The notes under the pieces: model-generated | The model's database searches: none | The model's input: the letters and a program-made list of their open reading frames with translations, nothing else | What the model was told of the DNA's origin: nothing | NCBI RefSeq assembly: GCF_009914755.1 | Contig: NC_060928.1 | Source of the DNA: the human T2T-CHM13v2.0 reference genome, Homo sapiens | Strand: one strand, 5' to 3' | DNA length: 64,000 nucleotides | Shown: piece by piece, positions 13,957 to 29,574 of the stretch | How positions within the stretch are numbered: position 1 is the stretch's first letter | Layout of the letters: each line of letters starts with the position of its first letter | Made by a program: the position numbers and the translations under genes

Positions 13957-15357
13957 TCAGCCATTATGAAAACGGTATGAGGTTTTCTCAAAAAACAACA
14001 AAAATAATTATTTGATCCAGCAATTTCACTACTGAGTATTCATCCAAAGACAAAAAAAAGTCAGTATATCAAAAACATATGTAGATATCTGCACCCATGG
14101 TTATTGCAGCATTTTTGCAATGGCCAAGATGTGGAATCAACTTAAATGTCCATCAACTGATGAATGGGTAAAGAACATGTGGTATATATACACAATAGAA
14201 TACTATTCAGCCATATAAAAGAATAAAACTCTGTTATTTTCAGCAACATGGATGAGCTGAGAGGACATTATGTTAAGTGAAATAAATCAAGTAAAGAAAG
14301 ATAAATACTACATGTTCTCACTTATATGTGAGAGCTAAGACAAATTGATTTCATGGAAGTAGAAAGTAAAATTATGGTTACTAGAGACTGAGAACTGTAG
14401 GGACATGGGAGAGGATAGGGAAAGGTTAATTAGGGATACAAAATTACAGCTATGGGAGGAATAAGTTCTACTGTTCTGCAGCACTGTAGGAAGAATATGA
14501 TTAACAGTAATTTATGGCATATGCACAAATAGCAAGAAAAGAGGATTTTGAATGTTACAAAAAGAAATGATACAGGTTGGATGTGACAGATATACCAATT
14601 TCCCTGATTTGATCATTACACATTGCATACATTTATCAAAATAATTAATCTGTTCCACATAAATATGTACAATTATTTTGTGCCAAATATAAACAAAGAA
14701 GAATAAATGATAACAGCAGAATGCTTGGAAATTACCTGAATATTATTTTGCAGTTGTTCAAGCTGTTTGGACAAAGCCCCTGAGGAAGCTGAGAAGAATA
14801 TGGTGTGCTTTTAATTTATTCTGTTTATTCTCACATTATTAAAGACTGAACAGTCTGTCAGGTTGTTTGCTAGATTTAACTTTCTAAATTCAATGTACCC
14901 ATGTTTCTCATCACATGTAAATACCAGTTGGTTAAATATTGCCTAAGCCTGACAATGATTAAAGAAAGTTTTCAGCAGAAAATAAAGCATGAGAGTCGGT
15001 TGGAAAAAAAATACTACAAACAAAATAAAATTGGTGACTACATTGTTATAATACTCAAAAATACTTATTTCTGGTCTATATTATATCTGCTTCTTTGTGC
15101 AGCATAGAAGCTGTTGAATTGTAATTTTTCCAATAATTTGCTACAATACTCCACGACAAAGGAGGCCAAATCTTTCTATCTGTTCTTCTACATCTCCATT
15201 TGTAATCAATTCATACATTTATATTTACTCAAAGTGACAATAAAGCTGCCACTTTAATGGGCAAAATTAGTGACAAGGAAAGGGAACATTTATATTTCAG
15301 TTTTCTCTATAGGGTTAATACACAGAGTCTAAATCTGCTTGAAATTTATACCTTAGA

Positions 15358-15560
15358 GCAACTTTTTCTCAAAGCTTGATTGTACATTGCAATAATGGAG
15401 AAAACAAAATGATATTTTTGTCCAAACCCAGTTGAAAAAATCCTGATTTAATTAGTCTGAGAGTATGGCTCAGAATTTTAAAAAATAGATATTTTAAAAT
15501 CTGTATAACTTTGAACATTCCCAAATGCTTTAATAGCAGCCACGTTTAGGAATCACCAAT
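15358..15560. mobile_element. MER5A-like hAT element
   Basis: 'ttctcaaagcttgattgtacatt...cctgatttaattagtctg...gcagccacgtttaggaatcacca'. Confidence 0.55.
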
Positions 15561-15574
15561 CAAGTATGGTTACT

Positions 15575-15990
15575 ACATCAGTCAAGATCCTGATGAAAAT
15601 AGGTGAAATATTTAAAGGGCTAATAGAAAAGCTCTTTTTTAAATAAAGTAGTGGGCAGTGTTCAGAGAATCAAAAAAGTCAGAATCAACGACATTAGGAA
15701 ATTTTTACTTCCCCAGGTGTAAGTTAAAAGGAGTGAGTGGCATTAATAAAACTTGTCAAGCACTGTAGCCACGGAAAAGGGGCTTCTGAGGAGGAACCTT
15801 GGCCACATGTAAAAAGAAACAAACAAACAAAAATACCCAGCCACATCAAAAAGTAAGGCCCTGTGGAGAGGCAAGGCTTGGGCCCCTCTAATCTCTCCAT
15901 AAGCCACATAAAACATTTAATAAATGTCCTTCAAATTAAACTAGCCCAAGACGATTCTATTTCATGCAACATGAAATTGTTTCAATACAG
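15575..15990. mobile_element. Ancient LTR fragments (LTR33/MLT1-like)
   Basis: Weak similarity only: 'catcagtcaagatcctga...gtgggcagtgttcagagaatcaa' and an MLT-like 3' end 'aataaatgtcctt...ttaaactag...tgcaac'. Confidence 0.35.
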
Positions 15991-16001
15991 TAACTGAGTA
16001 C

Positions 16002-16170
16002 TGTATTGGTCTGTTTACACACTACTATAAAGAAATACCCGAGACTGGGTAATTTATAAAGGAAAGAAGTTTAATTGACTCACAGTTCCATATGGATGAG
16101 GAGGCCTCAGGAAATTTAACAATCATGGCGGAAGATGAAGGGGAAGCAGACACCTTCTTCACAAGGCAGC

Positions 16171-16201
<31 letters not shown>

Positions 16202-16391
16202 AAGGGGAAGAGCCTCTTATAAAACCATCAGGTCTCGTGAGAACTCACTCCTATCACAAGAAGAGCAAGGGGGAAATCCGTTCCCATGATCCAATCACCT
16301 CCCACCAGGTCCCTCCCTGGACACCTGGGGATTACAATTTAGATTAAAATTTCAGATAAGATTTGGGTAAGGACACAGCCAAACCATATCA
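16002..16391 (-). mobile_element. Solo THE1D/MSTA-type LTR with an internal (GA)n
   Basis: 'tgtattggtc...gagactgggtaatttataaag...aaaccatatca'; TSD agtac / agtag. Confidence 0.9.
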
Positions 16392-17659
16392 AGTAGTCAC
16401 AGGCAATGGAGTTTCAAAGAGATGCAAACGTGGAATTTGTTTTGTCTTATGTTGGACTCAAAGGCACATGAAGCTATGTCAGCAGCATAGGCAGGACCAA
16501 CTGGCTAGTCCGAAGTAAGCAGTGGAGAATTCATCATTTACATTTTGACCTGTGGATTATTTGGAATAAAGCTGCTCTTGGAAGCAAGATTGGAAAACGG
16601 AGGGAGAATTTTAATAAATCATCATGATAATAATGAGCTAAAGGGTTGCCTATTTCTAACTGAACTGAAGTTAGAAGAAAGAATATGATAAATTCAGTGT
16701 TATAAAGGCTCAACTCAAGTGGGTAAAAATGATCAGGGAGCTTCAGGGCTGCAACCATCTCTCTTAGCTCTGAAGGCTGACACAACCACAGAAACAGGTG
16801 ATCATATGAGTCACTGAATGACATATAGACAGAATTCATAATCATGCCAGAAATTATATGTGAAATTGCAAGCAATGACTAGAAAACCATGAGCATTCAG
16901 TAATTACAAGTGTTAATTTAGGTGAATTTAGATGTCGAAATACTTCTTGCAACCAAGCACAGTCCCTCTGTTACTATCTGAGAAGGCTACGGAGTCTCTC
17001 CTGCTTTGTCTGAATTAGAAGCTTTGCGAATGTGTAATTCTACCCATGAAACACTATTTGCCTCATGACTTTTATAACTATTACTTAGAATAAAGACCTC
17101 AAATGCAGCTCAGCTGCAGGGAAAGGGCTAAATACAATATTCAATCCAGGAGGAAATAGCTTAATATTGAAACAATGTCACAGTTTACAACTATATATCT
17201 GCCAGAATGTAATATCTTGTACTTGTTTTCATGAGCTGTAAAGTAAATAAGAAACACTTGATAGGTAAAGAACTAAGTGAAAGTACAAACCAAAGAGTTT
17301 AGGAGGTATTGAAGCTGGCTTTCACTTTGAAGACTCTTTGAAATCCCTTGTTAATTGTTAATCACGTTTCATAATCTCTTTGATTTTAAGAATAGAATAT
17401 AAAATTCAAAGTTCACCTAAAACTGTGAGCTTAATAACTACCCCCCATTCAAACTTAGAAAACCAAAATTCTATAGGTTTAGTATAAAGAGAAATTATAA
17501 ATATAGAAAATCTTTTGACTTTCTTCATAATTTTCCAGACTTCATGGAGTTTCTCTTGTCTCAAAATTTAGTGCTGAATGAGTGTGAAGTAAAGGTTCTA
17601 TTGAAAAGCAATAGCCATAGCAAATCCAAATGTAGATTTCAGCCCAAAATTACAATACC

Positions 17660-18343
<684 letters not shown>

Positions 18344-18679
18344 ACTCTTCTTTCAAGAAAATCTCAATTCATAAATTTAAATTTATATTAAAGTCTTTGA
18401 AATAATGTGGGTCATTTTCTAAAATGAAGTGAAATTCCTCACCAGGGGAATCTTCCCTCATTTGAGATATTATTTCTACCAACTAAGATCCTCAGAAAAT
18501 CAATGCATCAGAGTCAAAAATGAATAATCATACAAGGAATAAACAGCATCATGAGAGAACTAACTCCAGAATCTATCATATTGTAAGAATATAAATGTTT
18601 ATTGAATGAAGTAGACATATTCACAATAATCAGAAGGTATTTGCATACTCATTGTAATTGCTTTAGAAATGAATTGTAA

Positions 18680-19620
18680 CAAATTTTGTTACTGATTTCT
18701 AAATGAATGCCAAAAATAGCACTAGGTATTACAACTTGCGGGATGCAGATGAAGGATTATGCATAAGGAGATTTATGCCCTTAAATGCTCACATTATAAA
18801 AGACAGGCACAAGATAATTAGCTGAACATAAGTTTAAAAGTTCAAATGCTTAATTCAGAATATATTCAAAGAAACTAGACAGGAATAAAATATATATAGT
18901 GATAAATATTAATTGAAAATTTAATTATTTAATAAAAAGTGGGCAAACCCCTGCCAAAACTCTACCAAACCCTTATATACGCAAACCCCTGACAAAATGA
19001 TAAAGGAAACAAAGAGAGAAGGTAAACATACAACTTTTGGGAATAAAAAAGAGAATATAACCATAGATGCTACTAAATTTGTATGTAAATGTACATATTA
19101 TAAGTAACTATAGTCAAAAAATTTGAAAATATAAATAAAATGCATTGAGAAATTATTATAAAATTACAATTTAACAAACTGGCTAAAGAAGAATTACAGA
19201 ACCTGAACAAGCTTATAATAATTAAACAAATAGAATCAGTAGTTAAAAACTCTTCACCAAGAAAATATAAAGTTCCTAGAAGATTTACAGGAATATTCTT
19301 TTAAGTATTTAAAGAATAAATAATTCCATTTGTACACAAGCTCTTTTTCTGCAGTGTAAACAACCATGTAAAACATCCTACCTTCTTTCTCAAGATATTT
19401 TATGATGCTAGCTTGCCTGGTAACAAAACCGTTGAAGACATTATGGGAAAAAACATTTAAAACTAAATTTACTAGTAAACACAGATGTTAAAGTCATGAA
19501 CAAATTATTAAACAAAATCTAGCAATATATACATACAAAAATATATCCTAACTATATAGACTTTCTCCAAGTATATAAAGACATTTCAACACTAGAAAAT
19601 CTATTATTATAATCACTCCC
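18680..19620 (+). mobile_element. Ancient L1M/L1ME ORF2 remnant, host of the L1PB; resumes near 27510
   Basis: Degenerate ORF2 motifs 'gaagaattacagaacctgaacaag', 'aaatagaatcagtagttaaaaac' and 'aaacacagatgttaaagtc'. Confidence 0.65.
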
Positions 19621-19621
19621 C

Positions 19622-22600
19622 TATTTTAATTTTATTACAACTATATTTCAATAGTTTTGGGGGTACGAATGGTTTTTTGGTGAAATAGATGAATTGTATA
19701 ATGGCAAAGTCTGAGATTTCAGTGCACTCATCACCTGAGTAGTATGTGCTATACTCAATATGTAGTTTTTTTATCCCACACTTCCTTCCAACTCTCCCCC
19801 AGCTAAGTCACCAAATTATATCACTCTGTATGCCTTTGTGTACCCATAGCTTAGTGCCTACTTTTAAGTGAGAACATACAATATTTGCTTTTCCATTTCT
19901 GACTTACTTCACTTAGAATAATGGCCCCCAGCTCCATTCAAGGTGCTGCAAATGACATTATTTTGTTCTTCTTTAAGGCTGAGTAGTATTCCTTGATGTA
20001 TATACACCACCATTTCTTTATTCATTTATCAGTTGATGGGTACTTAGGGTGGTTCCATATCATTACAATTGCTAATGGTGATGTAATAAACATATGCATG
20101 CAGGTGTCTCTTTAATATAATGACTTCTTTTCCTTTGTATTTAAATATACACATTATAAGTAACTATAGTCAGTAAGTTTGAAAATATAAATCAAATGCA
20201 TTGAGGAATTATTATAAAATTACAATTTAACAAACTGACTAAAGAACTATAGAACATGAACAAGCTTATAATAATTAGACAAATAGAATCAGTAGTGAAA
20301 AACTCTTCACCAAGATAATATAGGGTTCCTAGAGAATAGGGTAGATATCCAGGAGTGGGATAGATGGATGGAATATTAGATCTACTTCTGGTTCCTTAAG
20401 AAATTTCCATACTATTTTCCATAGAGGTTGTATTTAATCTACATTCCCACCATCAGTGTATAAGTGTTCCCTTTTCACAAAGTCCATGCCAACATCTACT
20501 GCTTTTTGACCTTTTGATAATGGTCATTCTGGCTGGGGTAGGGTGATACCTGATTGTTGTTTTAATTTGTATTTCTCTGATGATTATTAATGTTGAGCAT
20601 TTTTTTTCATATGTTTCTTGGCCATTGGTATATCTTCTTTTGAGAGATGTCCATTCATGCAATTTGCCCACTGTTTGATGGGATTATTTGTTGTATTTTG
20701 CTGATTTGTTTCAGTTCCTTATAGATTCTGAATATCAGTCTTTGGTTGAATGCATAGTTTGCAAATATTTTCTTTCATTCTGTGGTTTTTTAGTTTACTT
20801 GGTTGATTATTACCTTTGCTATGCAGAAGCTGTTAGTTTAATTAGGCCCTATTTATTTATTTTTGGTTTTATTGCATTTGCTTTTGGGGTCTTAGTCATG
20901 AATTCTTTGTCTAGGCCAATGTCTAGAAGAGTTTTTCCTAGGTTTTCTTCTAGAATTGTTATGGCTTTAGGTCTTAGATTTAAGTCTTTGATCCATCTTG
21001 AGTTGATATTTACATATGGTGAGAAATAGCAATCCAGTTTCATTCTTCTACATGTGGCTATCCAGTTTTCACAACACCATTTATTAAATAAGGTGTCCTT
21101 TTTTCAAGTTATGTTTTTGTATATTTTTTGAAGATCATTTGTTGTAAGTATTTGGCTTTATTTCTGGGTTCTTTATTCTATTCCATTGGTCTGTGTGTCT
21201 ACTTTTCTACCAGTACCATGCTGTTTTGGTAAGTATAGCCTTGTAGTATAACTTGAAGTCTAGTAATGTGATACCTCTAGATTTCTTCTTTTTTCTCAAA
21301 TTTATTTTGTCTATTCAGGCTCTTTTTTCAGTTCCATATGAATTTTGGAATTGTTTTTTTCTAATTCTGTCAAAAATTGTGTTGGTATTTTGATAGAAAT
21401 TGCATTAAATCTATAGATTGCTTTGGGAAGTATAGCTATTTTTACTATATTAATTCTTCGAATCCATGAGCACGGGATGTGTTTCCATGTCTTTGTGTCA
21501 TCTATGATTTCTTTCAGCAGGGCTTTGTAGTTCTCCTTGTAGAGATATTTCAGCTCTTTGGTTAAGCATGTTTATAAGTACATTTTTGCAGCTACTACAA
21601 AAGTGATTGAGTTCTTGATTTGATTCTCAGCTTGGTTGCTGATGGTATATAAGAGTGCTACTGATTTGTGTACATTGATTTTGCAACCTGAGACTCTACA
21701 GAATTTATTAATCAAATCTGTAAGTCTTTTGGATGAGTCCTTAGAGTTTTCCAAGAATATGATACTATCATTGGCAAACAGAGATACTTTGACTTCCTCT
21801 TTTCCAATTTGGATGCCCTTTATTTCTTTCTCTTGCCTGATTTGACCGACTTCTAGTGCTACATTGAATAGAAGTAGTGAAAGTGAGCTTCTTTTTTTTT
21901 TTTCAGTTCCTAGAGGAATAGCTTTCAACTTTTCCCACTTCAGTATGCTGTTAGCTATGGGGTTGTCATATATGGCTTTTATTATTTTCAGGTATGTTTC
22001 TTCTGTGCGTAGTTTGTTGAGGGTTTTTATCATAAACAGATGCAAAATTTTATTGAGATGATCATATATATTCATATATATGGTTGTTGTTTTTAATTCT
22101 GCTTATGTGATAAATTATGTTTACTGATTTGCATATGTTAAACCATCTCTGCATCTCTGAGATAAAGTCCACTCGATTATGACATTATCTTTTGATGTGG
22201 TGTTGAATTCAGTTAGTATTTTGTTGAGGATTTTTGCATTTATGTTCATCAGGGATATTGGTCTGTAGTTTTTTGGGGTTTTTGTTGTTGTTGTTGTTGT
22301 TTTGTTTTTTGGTTATGTCTTTCCTGGTTCTGATATATGGGTAGTATTGACTTCATAGAATGAAGATAATGGGTAATACTTCATTAGATTGGATTCCCTT
22401 TTTCTCAATCTTTTGGAATAATTTCAGTAGGATTGGTACTAATGTTTCTTTGTCTGGTAGAATTCAGCTGTGAATCCATCTGGTTGCAGGCTGTTTTGTT
22501 GGAAGTTTTTTTTATTACTGATTCAAAATCACCACTTGTTATTGATCTGTTCAAGATTTCCATTTCTACCTAATTCAAGATAGGAAGGTTGTATGTTTCC

Positions 22601-25600
22601 AGTAATTTGTCCATTTCCTTTAGATTTTCTAGTTTGTATGCATAGAGGTGTTCAGAGTTATCTTCAATACTCTTTTGTATTTTGTGGTGTTCATTATAAT
22701 TTCTCAATTTACATTTATATTTGAGCTTATTTGAATCTTCTTTCTTTTTTTCTTGGTTAATCTGGCTAATGATCCATCGATTTTGTTTATCTTCTTAAAC
22801 AACCTACTTTTGCTGTGTTGTTTGTTTTGTTGTTGTTGTTGCTGTTTCCATTTCATTTAGTTCTTCTCTAGTCTTTGTTATTTCTTTAACTCTGCTAGCT
22901 TTCAGTTTGGTTTGTTCTTTTTTCTCTAGTTCCTTGAGATGTGACATTAAGTTTTCAATTTCAGATCTTTCACACTTTTTGACATAGGTATTTAGCACTG
23001 TAAGTTTCTCTCTAAGCACTTCTTTTACTGCACAGCAGAGATTTTGATAACTTGTGTCACTATTATCATTCATTTTGAAAAAATTTTTAAATTTCCATTT
23101 TGATTTCACTGTTAACCCAAAAATCATTCAGAAGCAGATTGTTTAATTTTCATGTATTTGCATTATTTTGAGGATTCTTTTTTGAGTTGATTTCTAGTTT
23201 TGTTCCACTGCAGTCTGAGAAGATACTTGATATAATTTTTATTTTTTAAAACTTATTGAGACTTGTTTTGTGGTCCATGATATGATCTGTCTTGGAGAAT
23301 ATTCCATTGCTGATAGAAGTAATACATATTCTGTATTTCTTGGATAGAATGTTCTGTAAATATCTGATAGATCCATTTGTTCTAGAGTGCAGTTCAATTC
23401 TTTGTTGACTTTTTGTCCCAGTGATCTGTCTAATGCTTTCATTGGAGAGTTAAAGTCCATTATTGTGATGATATATTTTTTTTCTCAGGTCTAGTAATAA
23501 TTGTTTCATGAATCTGGGAGCTTCAGAGTTAGGTGCATGTGTGTGTGTGTATATATATATATTTGTGTGAGTGTGTGTGTGTGTGTGTGTGTGTAATATC
23601 TTCTCATTTGATTGGTCCTTTTATCATAATATAATTACCTTCTTTATTTTTTACTGTTGTTGCTTTAAGTCTGTTTCATCTAAGAATAGCTACTCTTGTT
23701 TGTTTTAACTTCCATTTGCATGGAAGATATTTTTCCACCCCTTCACCTTGAGTCTATATGAATCCTTATGTGTCAGGTGAGTCTCTTGAAGACAGCAAAT
23801 ATTTGGTTTGTGATTTTTTTATCCATTCTGTCAATTTGTCTCTTGTAAGTGCAGCATTTAGACGATTTATATTCAATGTTAATATTGAGATGTGAAGTAC
23901 TGTTTCATTTATCATGTTGTTACCTATATATTTTGTTTTCTTTATTGTGTTATTATTTTATAGGCCCTGTGAGTTTTATGCTTTCAAGAGTTTCTATTCT
24001 TGTGCATATCTACCTTTTGTTTCAAGATTTAGAACTCCTTTTAGCATTTCTTGTAGAGCTATTCTGGTAGTGACAAATTCTCTCAGCATTTGCTTCTCTG
24101 AAAAAGACTTTATTTCTCCTTCACTTATGAAACAATTTTTCTGGACCAAAAAAATGATTAGCTGACAGTTATTCAGTTTAAGGAGACTAAAGATATAATC
24201 TCAATGACTTCTGGCTTGCAAGGTTCTGTCTAAAAAGTCTTAGTCTGATAGGTTTTTCTTGATAGGTTACCTGATGGTTTTGTCTCACTGCTCTTAGAAT
24301 TCTTGCCTTCATGTTGACTTTAGATAGCTTGATAACTACATGCCTTGGTGACATCATTTTTGCAATGAGTCTCCCAGGAGTTCTTTGAGCTTCTTGTATT
24401 TAGACATCTAAATCTCTAGCAAGGACAGGGAACTTTTCCTCAATTATTCTTTTAAATAATTTTTCAAAACTTTGTGCCTTCTCTTCTGCCTCAGGAACAC
24501 CAATTATTCTTAGGTTTGGCCATTTTAGAATAATCCTGTATTTCTTAGAGACTTTGTTTATTTCTTTGAATTATTTTTTCTTTTTGTCTGACTGAGTTAA
24601 TTTAAAGGGCTTTTCTTTGAGCTCTGAAATTCTTCCTTCTACTTAGTCTTGTCCATTGTTAAATTGTTCCACTGTATTTTGTACTTCTCTAAATGTGTCT
24701 TTCATTTTCAGAAGTTCTAATTGGTTTTTCTTTAAAATACCTATTTCTTTAGAAAAATTTTTATTCATATTTTGAATTGTTTTTCAAATATCTTTATCTT
24801 GGTTTTCCCCCTTTCTCCTATATCTCCTTGGTAGTTTAATAATCAGTCTTTTGGATTCTTTGCCTGGTATTTCAAATATTTCATCTTGGTTTGGAACCAT
24901 GGCTAGAGAGCTAGCTTGATCTTTTGGGGGGTGTTATAGTACCCTGTTTCTTCATTTGCCAGAGTTATTTTTCTTATTTCTTTTCATTTGGGTAGTGGGT
25001 AGACTATTCTAATTATTCTTGAATTTATTTTTTATTTAACTGTCTTTTTAAAATTACTATTTCTTTGTCTTTCTTTTGAGGATGTGACCTTAATGTTTAG
25101 TTTACTATAGTTTAATTTGATTCTTGGTGGTTTTAGTGCTGAAGACTCTGTATGAGGTCCTTGGTTATAGGGAGTCTTTGCATGATGGCTTTCTCAGATG
25201 CTGGTTGTAGCAGCAATGTGCTTGGTATGTGAACAAGTTCACTGTCTCCTGTTTGGTTGGAGTGGCAAAAGTCTCTTGAAGCTAATCTCATTCCCTGGTG
25301 GTGTGCACATTTTATTTAACTTTCCCCCAGTATTTTACTTATTGGGCTGAACAGCTCAGGCCTCAAGCCAGTAGGGGACGTTTCCATGGGTAAAAACCAG
25401 CTGTGGCTTACTCTCATGGGTAAATGCCATACCCAGTGGTTGGCAGAGGTCCTAGCCTTGTGAGAGGCAGCTGGGGAGCTCTCAGTGAAACACACTGAAG
25501 TCTTTTCAAGAGGAAGAGAGGGAGCCACCTCAGTTCACTTGCCAGTGCAGCAGAAAAGTTTTCCACTTCTCAGTCACACTCCTGACCCACTGTTTTGGCT

Positions 25601-27500
25601 ATTCGAACAGACAGGCACCTCTTCATATGCAGGAATGTTCATGTCCATGTAAGTAGGAATTTTGACTCTTCTCCTCATGCAAGCCTGAACCTAGAGGGCA
25701 CTCCTCATGTGGAAATGCAGTCATCCTGAAATATTCCAGAAAGGCTGTATACAGATGCACCTATTCTGAGCTTCTGTGGAAGAAGCTCCAGCTGTGTCTG
25801 CAGTGATGGATGAAGGAGAAAAGAAGTCTACTTCTCCAAGACCCTTCATGAGCACTAGGGCTGTCTGACTGTTGGAGTAGAATCACACACATTCCCTGAT
25901 CAGTCCAGCACTGCACCTGTGTCTCTGCTGATAGAAACTTCCCATAAGTGGAAAGTTCTGAGACTGAAGACCTGCTATCTGGATTATTTTGTCCCACAGA
26001 TTGCTCCATTGATGTAGTGTACTCCTCCTTCCCCTATGAGTAGGAGTTCATGAAAGCCAGACTGCTATGAATGCTGCTGCTGCTGCTGCTCTGGATTTAG
26101 TCACTCAGAAGAACTGCCACACTCCAAGCTGATGTTGGGGAATGTCTGCAAGAAATCCAGTAATGTGACCTCTCCTCACATCTCCCAGCAGTGGATACCA
26201 GCACCAGCTCAGATGGGGATGGCAGCTCTATAAATAGGCTTAGTGTGTTGGCTTTCTAAAATACCAGTTGTAGTAGCAATGAATTCGTTATGTGGACAGA
26301 CTCAGAACTTCCCAGTTAGCCAGGGTGATGCAGGCAATGGTGATAGCTGAAGTCACAGACAAGTTTTCTCCTTCCTGGGCATTGTGTTATTCTACCTGGA
26401 GATGCTGTAGTGGACTGTGTCAGTTGGCATCCAGCCAGGAGGTGGTGCTTCCAAGTGGTAGCAGTGGGATTTGTGCTTGCCTTAGGTTATGCAGGGGAGG
26501 TACTCTGGTGTCACAGTCAATGAGCAGGACCATAATGCTCCCAAAAGTCTCTGTCCTTTGTGTTAAGCTACCGGGTTAGGTGGAGGTGCAAAGCCAAGTG
26601 GAGGCAATGTCAGGCAAGTTGCGCTCTGACTCTCCACATGCCAGGCTAGAAATGGCCCCAGTGGGGATCAGAGAGCAGTTCTCTGGACACTGGGGTAATG
26701 TTCCATTAAGGAGTGCAGCTGCCTCTGCTGTACAGAAGAATCTACATGGGGAGTGGGAAGTAGCAGGCAGTGGTAAGCTCCACCAAGCTCCCACACACTT
26801 GGTAAAGCAGCTAGCTGGTTTTCAGGCAGTCTATGCTCAGAACTCACAACTGACATAAGCCTTCCCATGGAGATAGCAACCTCAGCTTTCAGACCCTGCC
26901 CTCTTGATCTGCCTTGATCTCCTACACTCAGGGCCGCAGCATAGTTCCCACTTGACCCTCAGTTCTGGCCAAGGGAATTTGTTCCTACTCGAGATTATAT
27001 TGCAAATCTCAGTTGCGAGCTCTTCTTAACATGCGGCCAATACCTCTGTTAGCTACCAGACTTCCAGGAGGTCTTCTGTGAGGTAGAATCAGGGATGGCT
27101 TCCCTCCAACCTCGTTGGAGACTGGGAATGCATGCAATGTATGTCACAATGTCACACCTTCTCATATACTCCCCACTGCTCTCTAAATTACAGTGATGAG
27201 TAGGGTTAAGGCCTGCCCCCGTGGCCTGGCTAGCCAGGTTTCCCAGTGGGAGTGTATAATAACAAAAGCAGTTTTTCCACCTCTCACACTCTGAGGACCT
27301 ACAGTTTTCCACCTGGCTCATGGTACAGGCTGCAGCCTGACACTTCTTTCAAAGGGTCTGTGGTTTCTTTCAGTTTTTCAGCTAAATTCCTGTGTTGCTT
27401 CTTGGAAAAAAATTCAGTGTGAATCTGTACACACTATTCTGTCTTTCCAAGTAGGAGAGGCACGCTAACAATGCCAAAATCTGCTGTCTTGGAAGGTGAG
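19622..27500 (-). mobile_element. Near full-length L1PB (L1PB3-like), inactive
   Basis: L1PB 3'UTR 'gatgaattgtataatggcaaagtctgagatttcagtgcac'; ORF2 RT remnant in ORF 21572-22075 (IKGIQIGKEEVKVSLFANDSIIFLE); EN remnant 23239-23460; 5' end 'tctgctgtcttgg' near 27490. Confidence 0.92.
23538..23594. repeat. Compound (TG)n(TA)n(TG)n microsatellite inside L1PB ORF2
   Basis: Directly visible. Confidence 0.9.
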
Positions 27501-28775
27501 GGGAAAGATTAAAATATTTTGATAATATTTAACAAACTTACATAATAGTAACTATTAACAAAGAAAGAATAATGCAATAAAGTACATCTACAAACCACTG
27601 AGATATTAATATACTTAATGATTAAAATGCCAAAAACACTTCTTAAGATTTGAAAAGAGACAATAATCTATCAAACTACTAAATCTATTTATATTTCATC
27701 TAAAGTTTTGTCCAATACACTGTGATAACAGAAGACAATATATTGAAAATTTAAAATCGAAGTAAATAAATCCTCATTATTTTCAGGTGCTACAACTGTG
27801 TACATAGAAAACTGGGAGAAAAAAGCATTAAAATAGTTGGACCTAATAAAATTGTTTATATATGTATTCTAGCCTAAGAAAAATATAATTCAGTATATGC
27901 AAGACTATTACAGAGAAAATATGCAACACATTTTATGATTTAAAAATATAAGCAAATGTAGAAATATACATTATTAAATAGGAGTTTCAGTATTATCAAA
28001 TGTCTGACCTGTAAAAACAATCTTTAGAGTAATTGCAATTTTAAACAGAGGCATAAAAGCAATTATGAAGAGAACAGAAACTAAATTTTATACAGAAGAG
28101 CAAAGTCGAGTATGCCTGACACACTCCTAAAAATAAACATGATGGCTAGACTTTAAAGTGGTTATTAAAACTTACCATAAAGTGTTAGTAATAAAGGTTT
28201 TGTAAGCTTTTCCCATGATAAATAGACAAATGAAACAGAATGATTATCCAAAATTATTCCTTGTACATATGGGAACTTGAATTGTGAAAGATAGCACTTC
28301 AAATTATGAATAAAATTATTAAATAGTTAATAAATTATTCTGGAATAAATAATTAAAATATAGAAAAAATAAAATTGATATTCTATATCATACCATTCTC
28401 AAAAATAAATTCCAGGTGGATTAAAGGCTAAAGCATAAAGTCTACAAAATGTTTAGAAGGTAATATGAAGTAATGTCTTTATGACTGTGGAGTAAGACAA
28501 ACATTCTTCAAGAAGACAAAAAATGCAAATAGTAAAAAATATCTGTTTCATTTACATTAAGATAAAAGATCTGCCGTTGATAAAAAGTCAAGCCACATAC
28601 TGGGAGAAAGGTATAAACATTTTCATCTAAAATTTGAAATGATTTGTATATAAAACATGTGAAAAAGTAATTTTAATAAATAAAAAATGAACTAACAAAA
28701 ATGCAAAATAACTAATATGGCACTTCACTAGAGAGAAAAAAAAGAACTCATAATATACAAAAATTTATTCAACTT

Positions 28776-29071
<296 letters not shown>

Positions 29072-29341
29072 TCAACTTATTCATAATAAAAATGTAAATG
29101 AACCCTCAATGATATCATAATTTCCAGCAACATCAGAGGTTGCATAAAATGTAGAGTAACTGTAAATTGACTTCGCACTTTGGCAATAACTAGTAGAATT
29201 AAAAATGCTGTATTCTATAATTCAACAATTACATTCTTAGATTATTTATTCATTATATAACAAATACTAGCAATATGTTTCAGAAAAAAGTTATAAAACT
29301 GTACCTGTTATCTACACTAAAATGGATAAAAGTATGGTGAA

Positions 29342-29344
<3 letters not shown>

Positions 29345-29377
<33 letters not shown>
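29345..29377. repeat. (CA)n microsatellite
   Basis: Directly visible. Confidence 0.95.
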
Positions 29378-29380
<3 letters not shown>

Positions 29381-29574
29381 CCACACATATAAGTAAATAC
29401 AAGTAAAGAGGTTAAAATAAATGAACTATAGCTATATTTATTAATATGAACAATTTCCTTAATGTAAAAAAAAGCCATAGGACATATGTATAGTAGTTTC
29501 CACTACATAGAGGGTAAAAGTAAAATTAAATCCTTTATATGGGGTAGTCATACATGGTAACACTCAAAAATTAT

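Noticed and set aside
25185-26285. Repeated 'ggctttct...gttgtagyagcaatg' motif about 1 kb apart, plus a short (CTG)n
   Set aside because: Both lie within the L1PB 5' region, which is known to have internal duplications; the CTG run is short.
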